The notes under the pieces: generated by a model | Told to the model about the DNA's origin: nothing | Database searches by the model: none | What the model saw: the letters and a program-made list of their open reading frames with translations, nothing else | Source: Dehalococcoidia bacterium | GTDB taxonomy: Bacteria > Chloroflexota > Dehalococcoidia > UBA2979 | Assembly: GCA_964291495.2 (NCBI GenBank) | Contig: OZ219871.1 | Location: 1,344,001 to 1,408,000, forward strand | Length of the DNA stretch: 64,000 bases | Direction: 5' to 3' | Shown here: in pieces, positions 39,028 through 50,828 of the stretch | How positions within the stretch are numbered: the stretch's first letter is position 1 | Layout: each line of letters opens with the position of its first letter | Made by a program: the position numbers and the translations under genes

Positions 39028-40161
39028 GTGCCCCGCCCCCGAGGCCAGGCCGATCGCAGTTCCGGGTCGACGCGCATCAGCGCGCGCCGCCAGCGCGATG
39101 AGCGCGCGGCACGCCGGGAGCGCGTCACCATCATCGCCGTCGCCGTCGTCCTCGGCGTCGCCTCTCTGGTCGTGCTGGCGGGCCTCTACGTCACGCAGTA
39201 CCGCCCACCGCGCGCCCACGTCCTGAGCGTCGGCGAGACGGACTACCAGGCCGCCGCAGTCGCTCGCCGCGCTGCCTACGAGGTCCGCTTCGGGGACCTC
39301 CCGGGCGGGATCGGCGAGGCCGTGCCGGGGACGCTGAGCGTGCTCGAGGAGCAGACGATCCTGCTGGAGCGCGCCCCCGCCCTCGTCGGCGCGGCGACCG
39401 ACGAGGACGTCACGCAGTGGCTGCGCGAGCACCTCGGCTTCGCGCCGCCCGAGCAGCCCGCCCGGGACGCCGCGGCGGATGGAGACGATTCGAGCGACGC
39501 AGCGGACGATGGCGCAGCGGACGATGGCGCGGCGGACGAGGGAAGCCTCGAAGAGGATCCGGAGGAAGCAGCTGCCCGCTTCGCGACCGCGCTGGCCGAC
39601 TGGTTGCGCCACATCGATCTGCCGAAGGACGAGTACGATCTCGTGATCGCGGCCGGGATCCTGAGCGATCGCCTTCGTGACCAGTTCCGGGCGGAGATCG
39701 GCGAGGCGGCCGACCAGGTACGCGTCTCGCGCATCCGCCTCGCCGACCGCGGCGGCGCCGAGGACGTGCGCGCGCTCCTGCTGGAGGGGGCGGACTTCGC
39801 CGAACTCGCCGAGGAGCGCAGCGCCGAGGCCGAGTACGCGGCGCAGGGCGGCGACCTGGGCTGGCTGCCCTTCGGCTCCCTGAGCGACATCGCACGGGCG
39901 GCGATCGAGGGTCTCGCGCCGGGCTCGATCAGCGAGGTGGTCGACACCGGGGTGTTCTTCGACGTCTACCTGGTGGCGGAGCGCGAGGAGGCCCGACCGC
40001 TCGATCCGGCGCAGATCGAGGCGCTGATCGAGAGGCGCTGGGACGGGTGGCTTCTCGCGCAACGGGCTATGGTGTCCGTGGAGCGCGACTTGTCCGATGG
40101 CGAGGAGCGCTGGATTCTCGATCGCGTGGTCGGCAGCCTGTCGAGCGGAGGCGGCTCGTGA
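39028..40161 (+). CDS. Membrane-anchored PpiC/parvulin-type peptidyl-prolyl isomerase (PrsA/SurA-like)
   Basis: N-terminal TM, DFAELAEERS and QGGDLGW. Confidence 0.8.
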   Translation: MPRPRGQADRSSGSTRISARRQRDERAARRERVTIIAVAVVLGVASLVVLAGLYVTQYRPPRAHVLSVGETDYQAAAVARRAAYEVRFGDLPGGIGEAVPGTLSVLEEQTILLERAPALVGAATDEDVTQWLREHLGFAPPEQPARDAAADGDDSSDAADDGAADDGAADEGSLEEDPEEAAARFATALADWLRHIDLPKDEYDLVIAAGILSDRLRDQFRAEIGEAADQVRVSRIRLADRGGAEDVRALLLEGADFAELAEERSAEAEYAAQGGDLGWLPFGSLSDIARAAIEGLAPGSISEVVDTGVFFDVYLVAEREEARPLDPAQIEALIERRWDGWLLAQRAMVSVERDLSDGEERWILDRVVGSLSSGGGS

Positions 40162-41465
40162 GCGCTGGGCAAGGGCACGAGGGCGGTCCGATCGGCGTCG
40201 CGCTCTTCGGCGCGGGCAACGTCGGCGGCGGAGTGATCGAGGCCCTCGATCGCGGCGGCGAACGCTACGCGATGGTCGTCGGACGCCCGCTCGAGCTGCG
40301 CGGCGCGCTCGTGCGCGACGCCTCGGCGCCGCGTCACGGCCTCGGACCGGAGTGCCTGACGACGGGCCCGGACGCGCTGCTCTCGGACCCCGCGGTGCGC
40401 ATCGTCGTCGAGCTGATGGGGGGCGAGGAGCCGGCCGCCGACTACATCGCGCGCGCGCTGCGCTCCGGCCGGCACGTGGTGACGGCCAACAAGGAGGTGA
40501 TCGCCAAGCACGGGCGCGATCTGCTCGCGATTGCCGCGGACCACGGCGTGCGCCTGCTCTACGAGGCTTCGGTCGGCGGTGGCATCCCGATCATCAGCCC
40601 GCTCTCCCGCGACCTGCTCGGCAACCAGATCACCGGCGTCACCGCGATCATCAACGGCACCACGAACTACATGCTGACCGGCATGGATCGCGAGGGCGCC
40701 GACTACGCCGAGATACTCGCCGAGGCGCAGCGTCTCGGCTACGCCGAGCCGGACCCGACCGCCGATGTCGAAGGCATCGACGCCGCCTTCAAGCTCGCGA
40801 TCCTCTGCGGCCTGGCGTTCCACGTCGCGGTCAGCCCGGACGACATCGTGCGCCAGGGCATCACGACGCTGACCGCCAACGACCTGCGCCACGCGGACGC
40901 GCTCGGCTACGCGATCAAGCTGCTCGCGAACGGGCGGCTCGTCGAGGGCGAGCTGATCGCCTCCGTGCAGCCGACGCTGATCGCGCGCAGCGAGCCGCTG
41001 GCCAAGGTGGACGGCGTGCTCAATGCCGTCCAGGTCGAGGGCGATCTCGTGGGCCGCGTCGTCCTCGAGGGCCCGGGCGCCGGTCCCGGCCCCACGGCGA
41101 GCGCCGTGCTGGCGGACGTGCTGGACGTGGCCCGCGACATCGTGGCGGGGCGCCCGCCCGTGGAGACGCCGCCACTGCGCAGCGTGCGCGTGCGCCCGCC
41201 CGGCGAGCATCGCGCCCGGCGCTACCTGCGGATGACCGTGGCGGACCGTCCGGGCGTCCTCGGAGTAATCGGGCACGCGCTCGGCGCGCACGGCGTCAGC
41301 ATCGCCTCGGTGATCCAGGTGGAGGCGGACGAGGACGCCCGGACTGCGGAGATCGTGCTCACCACGCACCTGACCGCCGGTGCGGAGCTGGAAGCCGCCC
41401 TCGATGAGCTCAGCGCCTCGGACGTGGTCGAGGAGATCGGCAACGTGATCGCGATGGCGGGCTAG
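40158..41465 (+). CDS. hom: Homoserine dehydrogenase with C-terminal ACT domain
   Basis: GAGNVGGG, VVTANK, YEASVGGGIP, INGTTNY, GYAEPDP and DRPGVL. Confidence 0.96.
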   Translation: MSAGQGHEGGPIGVALFGAGNVGGGVIEALDRGGERYAMVVGRPLELRGALVRDASAPRHGLGPECLTTGPDALLSDPAVRIVVELMGGEEPAADYIARALRSGRHVVTANKEVIAKHGRDLLAIAADHGVRLLYEASVGGGIPIISPLSRDLLGNQITGVTAIINGTTNYMLTGMDREGADYAEILAEAQRLGYAEPDPTADVEGIDAAFKLAILCGLAFHVAVSPDDIVRQGITTLTANDLRHADALGYAIKLLANGRLVEGELIASVQPTLIARSEPLAKVDGVLNAVQVEGDLVGRVVLEGPGAGPGPTASAVLADVLDVARDIVAGRPPVETPPLRSVRVRPPGEHRARRYLRMTVADRPGVLGVIGHALGAHGVSIASVIQVEADEDARTAEIVLTTHLTAGAELEAALDELSASDVVEEIGNVIAMAG

Positions 41466-41469
41466 CAGC

Positions 41470-42333
41470 ATGACTGCCGAGCCGCCCCTCCACGAACGGG
41501 CGGTCGATCGCCAGGTGCAGCGCCTCGGCGAGCAGCTCGCCGAGCTGCGCGCGGGCCTCGAGCAGCAGCGCCGCGACATCGACGAGCTGCGGACCGCGCT
41601 CAGCCTGCAGCACCGCGCTTCCGAGGAGAAGGGCGTCGACGAGCTGGTGCTGGACCAGGTGAGAACCAGCATCGATCACCTCGCCGAGCGCCTTGCAAGC
41701 GAGAGCGAGCGCGGCCGCCGCGTCGGCGACGAGCTGACCGAGCTCGAACGCGTCAGGGAAACCGTGGACTTGCGTCTCGAAACCGCCGAGGGCCGGATCG
41801 CCGCCCTCGCCGAGGTGGCCGGCAGCGAGCGCGAGGAGCGGACGCGGATCGACGCCGCGGTCCCGGAACTCGCCGGCACGGTCGATGAGGTCGTTGCGCG
41901 GCTCAACGCGCTGCAGGCCGCGCTGCGGCGCGCGGAGGACGGCCTCGCCCGCCTCGACAGCAGCCTGGGCCGCGAGGAAGAGCTGCGCCAGATGGTCGAG
42001 CAGCACCAGTCGGTCCGGCTTCGCCTCGAAGATCGTCTGCGCGATCTCGAGGATCGCTTGCAGGAGACGCTGGAGCTCCTCGGATCCGCCGCCGAGGAGC
42101 GGCTGGCCCTGCGCCACCAGGTCATGGGGCTTGATGAGCGCATGCGGATCATGGGCGAGGCGCTGGAGTTCCAGCGCGATGCCGTGATCGATCACTTCCG
42201 GCGGGTTCTTGATGTCGAGGAGCAGCAGGGTCAGCGCCAGATCGAGGAGATCGAGCAGCGCCTGCGCCGCGGCCGCGCCCTGCTTGTCCGGCTGCGCGAG
42301 AGCGGCCCGCGTCCCCCGGAGGAGCAGTCCTGA
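41470..42333 (+). CDS. Long coiled-coil protein, unknown function
   Basis: 287 aa, rich in E/R/L/Q with heptad periodicity and very few Pro or aromatic residues. Confidence 0.75.
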   Translation: MTAEPPLHERAVDRQVQRLGEQLAELRAGLEQQRRDIDELRTALSLQHRASEEKGVDELVLDQVRTSIDHLAERLASESERGRRVGDELTELERVRETVDLRLETAEGRIAALAEVAGSEREERTRIDAAVPELAGTVDEVVARLNALQAALRRAEDGLARLDSSLGREEELRQMVEQHQSVRLRLEDRLRDLEDRLQETLELLGSAAEERLALRHQVMGLDERMRIMGEALEFQRDAVIDHFRRVLDVEEQQGQRQIEEIEQRLRRGRALLVRLRESGPRPPEEQS

Positions 42334-43430
42334 CAGGGCCCGAACCGACGTCCGACCCGGCCGGCTCGGGGCCCCCGGAGACGCGCTTCATCCTCGAGCG
42401 TTACGCGGACCTGCTGCCTGTCGGGCCGGACACGCCGCGCGTGACGCTCGGCGAGGGCGGCACCCCACTGCTGCGCTCGCGTGTGCTCGAGGGCGAACTC
42501 GGGATCGAGGCGCTCTACTTCAAGCTCGAGGCATCCAACCCGACCGGCTCGTTCAAGGACCGCGGGATGGTGCTCGCGGCGGCGAAGGCGGTGGAGGAGG
42601 GCGCGGAGGCGATGATCTGCGCCTCCACCGGCAACACCTCCGCCTCGATGGCGGCCTACGCCGCGCGCTATGGCCTGCGCGCCCACGTCGTGGTGCCCTC
42701 CGGGCGCGTCGCCGCCGGCAAGCTCGCGCAGGCGATCGCCTACGGGGCGGACATCGTGGCCCTCGACGGCTCGTTCGACGACGCGCTGCGCGTCGTGCGC
42801 GAGCTGGCCGCGCAGCACCCGGTCGCGTTGATGAACTCGGTGAACCCGTATCGCATCGAGGGCCAGAAGACTGCTGCCTTCGAGATCGCCGACGATCTCG
42901 GCGACGCCCCGGACCTGGTCTGCATCCCGGTCGGCAACGCGGGCAACATCACCGCCTACTGGGCGGGCTTCGTCGAGTATCGCCGGCAGGAGCGCAGCGG
43001 TCGGCTGCCCCGGATGTGGGGCTTCCAGGCCGAGGGCGCCGCGCCGCTCGTGCGCGGCGAGCCGGTGCCCGAGCCGGAAACCATCGCCACCGCGATCCGC
43101 ATCGGCAACCCCGCCTCCTGGAAGGGCGCGATCGCCGCGCGCGACGACTCCGGCGGCGTGATCGCCGCCGTCTCCGACGACGAGATCATCGAGGCCTATC
43201 GCCGCCTCGCGCGCGACGAGGGCGTGTTCTGCGAGCCTGCTTCGGCCGCCAGCGTCGCCGGTCTGCTCGCGCGGGCGGGCGCGGGGGAAGACCTGTCGGG
43301 GCTGACCGTCGTCTGCGTGATCACCGGCTCCGGCCTCAAGGATCCCGACACGGCGATGGGCGTCGAGACCGCGCGCTTCTCCGCGCCCGCCGAAGCGGAC
43401 GCCGTGGCGAGGGTGCTCGGCTGGTCCTGA
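42330..43430 (+). CDS. thrC: Threonine synthase (probable CTG start at 42330; ORF track start 42441 truncates homology)
   Basis: [45 protein letters not shown] and PVGNAGN. Confidence 0.93.
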   Translation: MTGPEPTSDPAGSGPPETRFILERYADLLPVGPDTPRVTLGEGGTPLLRSRVLEGELGIEALYFKLEASNPTGSFKDRGMVLAAAKAVEEGAEAMICASTGNTSASMAAYAARYGLRAHVVVPSGRVAAGKLAQAIAYGADIVALDGSFDDALRVVRELAAQHPVALMNSVNPYRIEGQKTAAFEIADDLGDAPDLVCIPVGNAGNITAYWAGFVEYRRQERSGRLPRMWGFQAEGAAPLVRGEPVPEPETIATAIRIGNPASWKGAIAARDDSGGVIAAVSDDEIIEAYRRLARDEGVFCEPASAASVAGLLARAGAGEDLSGLTVVCVITGSGLKDPDTAMGVETARFSAPAEADAVARVLGWS

Positions 43431-43491
43431 GCCGCACGCCGGATCGCGTGCTACGATCGGGCGCGCTGACCACGCCTCGGAAGGATCGCTC

Positions 43492-44091
43492 GTGAGCACG
43501 GCGCAATACCACCTGGATGTGAGGCCCGGCTTCGACGACGAGCGCGCCGAGGCCGCCATCCGCGCGCTGATCGAGGCGCTCGGCGAGAACCTGCACCGCG
43601 AGGGCCTGGCCGACTCCCCGCGGCGCATCGCCGCGATGTACCGCGAGCTGTTCGAGGGCCTCAACCATGACCCCGTCGAGGTGCTCTCCGTCGGCTTCGA
43701 GGAGGGCCACGACGAGCTCGTGATCCTGCGAGAGATCCCCTTCTACTCGATGTGCGAGCACCACTTCATGCCCTTCCACGGCCAGGCCCACATCGGCTAT
43801 ATGCCGGACGGGCGCATCGTCGGCCTCTCCAAGATCGCTCGCGCCGTCGAGATCTTCGCCCGCCGTCCGCAGGTGCAGGAGCGCCTGACGACGCAGATCG
43901 CGGATTGCATCGAGCAGGTGCTGCATGCGCAGGGCGTCGGCGTGGTCATCGAGGCGGAGCACCTCTGCATGACGGCTCGAGGCGTGCGCAAGCCCGGCGC
44001 GACGATGGTCACCTCGGCAATGCGCGGCTGCTTCCGTACCGATGCGAACACGCGCCACGAGTTCCTCGGCCTGATCCGGCCGTCGGCGTGA
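43492..44091 (+). CDS. folE: GTP cyclohydrolase I
   Basis: [26 protein letters not shown] and HLCMTARG. Confidence 0.97.
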   Translation: MSTAQYHLDVRPGFDDERAEAAIRALIEALGENLHREGLADSPRRIAAMYRELFEGLNHDPVEVLSVGFEEGHDELVILREIPFYSMCEHHFMPFHGQAHIGYMPDGRIVGLSKIARAVEIFARRPQVQERLTTQIADCIEQVLHAQGVGVVIEAEHLCMTARGVRKPGATMVTSAMRGCFRTDANTRHEFLGLIRPSA

Positions 44092-44168
44092 GCCGCGATG
44101 GAGATCCGCCCAACGGAGCGCCGGTCTCTGGCGCGCGGCGGCGCGGCTCCGTAGGCTTCCCCGAAAGG

Positions 44169-45437
44169 ATGCCTGCCTCGATGCCTGCTCCGCAGCGGAT
44201 CGCCGTGCTCTCGTTCCACACCTCGCCGCTGGCGCCGCTCGGCGGCCGCGAGAGCGGTGGGATGAACGTCTACGTCCGCGAGGTCTCCGCGCAGCTCGCG
44301 CGAGGAGGCCCGGCCGTCGATGTCTTCACCCGCCGCACCGACCCGCTCCAGCCCGACGTGCTGACGATGGCGCCCGGCGTGCGACTGGTGCACATCGACG
44401 CCGGACCGCCCGAGCGGCTGGAGAAAGAAGAGCTGCAGCCGCTTGCGGGTGCGTTCGCGCGCGGCGTTGCCGACTTCGCGCGCCTCGAGGGCGTCGACTA
44501 CGACCTCGTGCACTCGCACTACTGGCTCGCTGTCGAGGCCGGCGCGCTCCTGGCGCGCGAGTGGGACGTACCGCACGTCGCGATGTTCCACACGCTCGCG
44601 GAGGTTAAGCTGCTCGCCCGCTCCTCCGAGCGCGAGCCGGAATCGCGTCGCGAGGCCGAGCGCCGCCTGGTGCATGAGGTGGACCGCATCGTCGCCGCCA
44701 CCGAGCACGAGCGGCGGCTGCTCGATCAGGTCTACGGCGTGCCCCGCGATCGGGTGGAGGTAATCCCGCTCGGCGTGGATCGCGATCGCTTCCGCCCTCG
44801 CGCGCAGCTCGACGCCCGCCGCTCGCTCGGCATCGACCCGCAGGCGCGGATCCTGCTCGCCGCGGGGCGCATCGAGCCGCTCAAGGGCCTCGACATCTTG
44901 ATCGAGTCGCTCGCGCAGCTACCCGGACGCGACCGCCTGCAGTTGCTGATCGTGGGCGGCGACGAGCGCGCCGAGCCGGAGATCGCGCGCCTCCGCGCCG
45001 TCGCCCGCGAGGCGGGTGTCGAGGCCCTCGTGCGCTTCGTCGGCCCCGTGCCTCACGAGGAGATCGGCGCCTACTACAACGCCGCCGACGTGGTCGTCGT
45101 GCCCTCGTTCTACGAGTCGTTCGGGCTGGTCGCCGCCGAGGCGATGGCGTCCGGCGTGCCCGTCGTTGCCTCGCGCGTCGGCGGGCTCACCTCCACGGTG
45201 GCGGACGGCCGCAGCGGCTACCTGATCCCGTGGCGCTGCCCCGGCCCCTTCGCCGAGAAGATCGACCTGCTGCTGGAGAACCGGCCGCTGCGCGAGGCGC
45301 TCGGCGCGGCCGCTGCGCGCTCGATGGAGCGCTACGAGTGGTCCGCCGTCGCGGGCGGATTGCTCGACCTCTACGCCTCGCTGCTGCGCGAGCGCGCCGC
45401 CGGGCCGGCCGCGCAGCCGGCGCTCGCCCACGCCTGA
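44169..45437 (+). CDS. mshA: GT4 glycosyltransferase, MshA-like (D-inositol-3-phosphate glycosyltransferase)
   Basis: HTSPL..LGG.ESGGMNVY, HSHYW, MFHTL, GRIEPLKG and ESFGLVAAEA. Start may be 44181. Confidence 0.7.
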   Translation: MPASMPAPQRIAVLSFHTSPLAPLGGRESGGMNVYVREVSAQLARGGPAVDVFTRRTDPLQPDVLTMAPGVRLVHIDAGPPERLEKEELQPLAGAFARGVADFARLEGVDYDLVHSHYWLAVEAGALLAREWDVPHVAMFHTLAEVKLLARSSEREPESRREAERRLVHEVDRIVAATEHERRLLDQVYGVPRDRVEVIPLGVDRDRFRPRAQLDARRSLGIDPQARILLAAGRIEPLKGLDILIESLAQLPGRDRLQLLIVGGDERAEPEIARLRAVAREAGVEALVRFVGPVPHEEIGAYYNAADVVVVPSFYESFGLVAAEAMASGVPVVASRVGGLTSTVADGRSGYLIPWRCPGPFAEKIDLLLENRPLREALGAAAARSMERYEWSAVAGGLLDLYASLLRERAAGPAAQPALAHA

Positions 45438-45445
45438 GCAGCGAC

Positions 45446-46207
45446 GTGACCGAGGACGCCACCGCCACCGACCTGGAGGCACTCGTCGCCGACCTCGAAC
45501 CGCGGCGCGCCCTCGTCATGGTCGCGCACCCGGACGACGCCGACTTCGGCTGCGCCGGCACGATGGCGCTGCTCTGCAAGGCGGGCTGGGAGGTCGACCT
45601 GCTGGTGGCGACGAACGGCAACAAGGGCACGAAGGATCCGCGCCGCACGGGCCAGCAGCTGGCCGCCGTGCGCGAGGAGGAGCAGCGCCAGGCCGCCGCG
45701 ATCCTCGGCGTGAACGAGCCGATCTTCCTCGGTTTCCCGGACGGCTACCTCCACGCGGATAACGAGCTGCGCGGACTGCTGGTGCGCGAGCTGCGGCGGC
45801 TGCGCCCCTCGCTCGCGATCACCTTCGACGGCTTCCGCGCCGGCTTCAATCACCGCGACCACCGCGAGGTCGGGCGCGCCGCCTACGACGCGATCTACCC
45901 GGCGGCCGACGACCACCTCTTCTACCCCGAGCACCGCGAGGAGGGCCTTGAGCCGCATCGCCCGGATATGCTGCTGCTGGCCGGAGCGCCCGAGCCCGAC
46001 GTCGTGATCGACATCGAGCCGGTGCTCGAGCTGAAGGTTCAGGCCGTTACCGCCCACGTTTCGCAGGTGGGCGGCCGCTCGCCGGAGGAGATGCTGCGCT
46101 GGTGGCGCGAGCGCGCCGGACCCGCCTCCGGCCCTCGCTACCGCGAGTCGTTCCGCAAGGTGACGTGGGAGCGCGCGCGGCGCAGCGCGGACGCGCGCCG
46201 GGGTTAA
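45446..46207 (+). CDS. PIG-L family deacetylase (MshB/BshB-like)
   Basis: AHPDDAD, TNGNKG, FLGFPDG and NHRDH. Confidence 0.88.
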   Translation: MTEDATATDLEALVADLEPRRALVMVAHPDDADFGCAGTMALLCKAGWEVDLLVATNGNKGTKDPRRTGQQLAAVREEEQRQAAAILGVNEPIFLGFPDGYLHADNELRGLLVRELRRLRPSLAITFDGFRAGFNHRDHREVGRAAYDAIYPAADDHLFYPEHREEGLEPHRPDMLLLAGAPEPDVVIDIEPVLELKVQAVTAHVSQVGGRSPEEMLRWWRERAGPASGPRYRESFRKVTWERARRSADARRG

Positions 46208-46227
46208 CTCGACGCGTACCCCGCGCG

Positions 46228-46256
46228 TTGACACTGGACCGGCCCAGACGTAGCCT
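46228..46256 (+). promoter_or_regulatory. Putative promoter of the str/S10/spc supercluster
   Basis: TTGACA-17 nt-TAGCCT. Confidence 0.6.
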
Positions 46257-46481
46257 TTTTTCGTTGCGCCTTGCAGCGCTGGTACACGGTTCAACGGTCG
46301 GCTGGCCGGGGCGGGTGAGGACCGGCGACGGGCAATTCGCACGACACGGTGCGATGTCGCGTCTGGCTCACATCGCAGCCATCTGGCCGTTCATTCTGCC
46401 CTCCGTCGGATGGCGGATCGCAGGCCCGGACGGCGAAGCAAGGACGGCGCGGAGAAGCCGCGCCGGGAGGACAGGGACGAC

Positions 46482-46895
46482 ATGCCGACCATCAATCAGC
46501 TGGTCCGCAAGGGTCGCAAGCCCGTCACGAAGAAGACGAAGGCGCCGGCGCTGCGCTTCCGCTACAACTCGCTCACCAACCGCACCACGCGCGGCAAGAA
46601 GGGGTCGCCGCAGAAGCGTGGCGTCTGCACCCAGGTGCGGACCGTCACGCCGAAGAAGCCGAACTCCGCGCTGCGCAAGGTCTGCCGCGTCCGCCTGACC
46701 AACGGCATCGAGGTCACCGCCTACATCCCGGGCGAGGGCCACACGCTGCAGGAGCACTCCGTCGTGCTGATCCGCGGCGGCCGTGTCAAGGATCTCCCCG
46801 GCGTGCGCTACCACGTCGTGCGTGGCGCCCTCGATGCGACGGGCGTCGAGGGCCGCCGGCGCGGCCGCAGCAAGTACGGGACGCGCAGGGACTAA
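46482..46895 (+). CDS. rpsL: 30S ribosomal protein S12
   Basis: [22 protein letters not shown] and [12 protein letters not shown]. Confidence 0.99.
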   Translation: MPTINQLVRKGRKPVTKKTKAPALRFRYNSLTNRTTRGKKGSPQKRGVCTQVRTVTPKKPNSALRKVCRVRLTNGIEVTAYIPGEGHTLQEHSVVLIRGGRVKDLPGVRYHVVRGALDATGVEGRRRGRSKYGTRRD

Positions 46896-46901
46896 TCGAC
46901 G

Positions 46902-47369
46902 ATGCGCCGCAGCCGAGCTCCCCAACGACCCGTTGCCCCCGATCCGCGCTTCCAGTCGCGGCTCGTCACCGCGTTCACCAACAAGGTGCTGCGCAACGGC
47001 AAGAAGAGCACGGCCGAGCGCATCGTCTACGGGGCTTTCGACCGCATCGAGGAGCAGACCGGCCGGCCGGGTATCGACGTCTTCGAGCAGGCAGTTCGCA
47101 ACATCACGCCGATCATCGAGGTGAAGCCGCGCCGCGTAGGTGGCGCGACCTATCAGGTCCCGGTCGACATCCGCTCCGAGCGCCGTCAGGCGCTCGCTCT
47201 GCGCTGGCTGCTGAACGCGGCCCGCTCGCGGGGCGGGCGCTCCATGCAGGAGCGCCTTGCCGCCGAGATGCTGGATGCCGCGAACAACGCGGGCGCCGCG
47301 GTGCGCCGCAAGGAAGAGACGCATCGGATGGCCGAGGCCAACCGCGCGTTTGTGCACTACCGATGGTAG
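46902..47369 (+). CDS. rpsG: 30S ribosomal protein S7
   Basis: [18 protein letters not shown] and [10 protein letters not shown]. Confidence 0.98.
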   Translation: MRRSRAPQRPVAPDPRFQSRLVTAFTNKVLRNGKKSTAERIVYGAFDRIEEQTGRPGIDVFEQAVRNITPIIEVKPRRVGGATYQVPVDIRSERRQALALRWLLNAARSRGGRSMQERLAAEMLDAANNAGAAVRRKEETHRMAEANRAFVHYRW

Positions 47370-47390
47370 GCCGCACCCGTCGGCCGGCGC

Positions 47391-47414
47391 CCGCCCCCGG
47401 AACACCGGGGGCGG
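47391..47414. other. Perfect GC-rich stem-loop between rpsG and fusA
   Basis: ccgcccccgg-aaca-ccgggggcgg, 10-bp stem with no U-tail. Confidence 0.6.
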
Positions 47415-47465
47415 AACCATTCGAGGACACGCCGGGCACGCTGCCGGGCCGGGGGAGCAACTAAC

Positions 47466-49562
47466 GTGTCTCGCGAAACCCCGCTCGAGCGCGTCCGCAA
47501 CATCGGCGTGATCGCGCACATCGACGCCGGCAAGACCACCGTGACCGAGCGCATCCTCTACTACACCGGGCGCACGCACCGCCTTGGTGAGACGCATGAC
47601 GGCACCGCCGTCATGGACTTCATGGCGCAGGAGCGCGAGCGCGGCATCACCATCACCTCGGCGGCCACCACCGCCGAGTGGCGCGACCACCAGGTCAACA
47701 TCATCGACACGCCCGGCCACGTCGACTTCACCGTCGAGGTCGAGCGCTCGCTGCGCGTGCTCGACGGCGGCGTCGTGGTCTTCGACGGCGTCGCCGGGGT
47801 CGAGCCGCAGTCGGAGACGGTCTGGCGTCAGGCCAACCGCTACGAGGTGCCGCGCATCTGCTTCGTCAACAAGATGGACCGCACCGGCGCCGACTTCGAT
47901 CGCACCGTCGAGATGATCGTCGACCGCCTCGGAGCCATCCCCGTGCCGCTGCAGCTGCCGATGGGCGCCGAGGATGACTTCAGCGGCGTGATCGACCTCG
48001 TCGAGATGCGCGCCATCACCTTCGGCGGCGAGCGCGGCGAGGATGTCTCGGTCGGCGAGATCCCCGGCGCCTTCCAGGACGCGGCCCGCGATGCCCGCGA
48101 TCTGATGATCGAGCGCGTCGCCGAGAACGACGACCAGATGATGGTCTCGTTCCTCGAGGGGCACGAGATCGACGTGCCGGAGCTGCAGAAGGCGATCCGC
48201 CGCGCGACGATCAGCAACGCGATCACCCCGGTGCTGGCCGGGGCCGCGCTGCGCAACCGCGGCGTGCAGCCGCTGCTCGACGCCGTCGTCACCTACCTGC
48301 CCTCGCCGATCGACGTGCCGCCGGTGAGCGCGCACGCGGTCGGTGACCCGGACCGCACGGTCGAGCGCGCCGCCGACGACGGTGCGCCGCTGACGGCGCT
48401 CGCCTTCAAGGTCGTCGCCGACCCGTTCGTCGGCCGCCTCGTCTTCTTCCGCGTCTACTCCGGCGTGGTGCGTAGCGGCGAGCAGGTGAGCAACAGCACG
48501 CGCGGGCGCCGCGAGCGCTTCGGCCGGCTGCTGCGCATGCACGCCGACTCGCGCGAGGACATCCAGGAGGTCTACGCCGGCGAGATCGCCGCGGGCATCG
48601 GCCTCAAGGACACGTTCACCGGCGACACGCTCTGCGACACGAAGCGCCCCGTCGCCCTCGAAGCGATCCGCTTCCCCACACCCGTCATCTCGATCGCGAT
48701 CGAGCCGCGCACACGCAACGACCAGGATCGCCTCGGCGACGCCCTGCAGCGGCTCTCCGAGGAAGACCCGACCTTCCGCGTGCGCTACGACGACGAGACC
48801 GGCCAGACCGTGATCTCCGGCATGGGCGAGCTACACCTCGAGGTGATCGTGGACCGCATGCGCCGCGAGTACCGCGTCGAGGCCAACGTCGGCCGCCCGC
48901 AGGTGGCCTACCGCGAGACGCTGACGCGCGCGCTGCGCACCGAGGGCCGCTTCGTGCGCCAGACCGGCGGCCGCGGCCAGTACGGCCACTGCATCCTCGA
49001 GGTCGCCCCGCGCGAGCCGGGCGCCGGCTTCAGCTTCGAGGACCGCACCGTCGGCGGCTCGATTCCGCGCGAGTACATCCCGGCCGTCCGCCGCGGCGTC
49101 GAGCAGGCGCTCGCCAGCGGCGCGCGCGCCGGGTACCCGGTGGTCGATGTCGCGGTCGCCGTCGTCGACGGCTCGTACCACGACGTGGACTCCTCGGAGA
49201 TCGCGTTCCAGACGGCCGGTTCGCTGGGCATGCGCCAGGCGCTCGATCGCGGCGGCTCGGTGCTGCTGGAGCCGGTGATGAAGATGGAGATCGTGACGCC
49301 GGAGGACCACTTCGGCGACGTGCTCGGGGACATTGGCAGCCGTCGCGGGCAGGTGCTGGGCGCGGAGCCGCGAGGCAACGCGCACGTCATCCAGGCGCAG
49401 GCGCCGCTCGCCGAGACGTTCGGCTACGCCACGGACCTGCGCTCGCTGACGCAGGGCCGCGCGACGTACTCGATGGAGTTCGATCACTACGCGCGCGTGC
49501 CGGACGGGATCGTCGAGGAGATCACGGATTCACGCGTCGACACGCGCGTGGCGGCGGGCTAG
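47466..49562 (+). CDS. fusA: Elongation factor G
   Basis: [24 protein letters not shown] and GMGELHL. Confidence 0.99.
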   Translation: MSRETPLERVRNIGVIAHIDAGKTTVTERILYYTGRTHRLGETHDGTAVMDFMAQERERGITITSAATTAEWRDHQVNIIDTPGHVDFTVEVERSLRVLDGGVVVFDGVAGVEPQSETVWRQANRYEVPRICFVNKMDRTGADFDRTVEMIVDRLGAIPVPLQLPMGAEDDFSGVIDLVEMRAITFGGERGEDVSVGEIPGAFQDAARDARDLMIERVAENDDQMMVSFLEGHEIDVPELQKAIRRATISNAITPVLAGAALRNRGVQPLLDAVVTYLPSPIDVPPVSAHAVGDPDRTVERAADDGAPLTALAFKVVADPFVGRLVFFRVYSGVVRSGEQVSNSTRGRRERFGRLLRMHADSREDIQEVYAGEIAAGIGLKDTFTGDTLCDTKRPVALEAIRFPTPVISIAIEPRTRNDQDRLGDALQRLSEEDPTFRVRYDDETGQTVISGMGELHLEVIVDRMRREYRVEANVGRPQVAYRETLTRALRTEGRFVRQTGGRGQYGHCILEVAPREPGAGFSFEDRTVGGSIPREYIPAVRRGVEQALASGARAGYPVVDVAVAVVDGSYHDVDSSEIAFQTAGSLGMRQALDRGGSVLLEPVMKMEIVTPEDHFGDVLGDIGSRRGQVLGAEPRGNAHVIQAQAPLAETFGYATDLRSLTQGRATYSMEFDHYARVPDGIVEEITDSRVDTRVAAG

Positions 49563-49592
49563 GGACGCCCGCGAAGGAGAGGGAGCCGGAGG

Positions 49593-50792
<1,200 letters not shown>

Positions 50793-50828
50793 CAGCGAGC
50801 AGCGAGTCGCGAGGGCGCGGGGGACGCA

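Noticed and set aside
39475-39540. Short GACGATGGCGC(A/G)GCG repeats in the PPIase gene
   Set aside because: Only two or three copies encoding an acidic DDGAA linker; ordinary low-complexity sequence.
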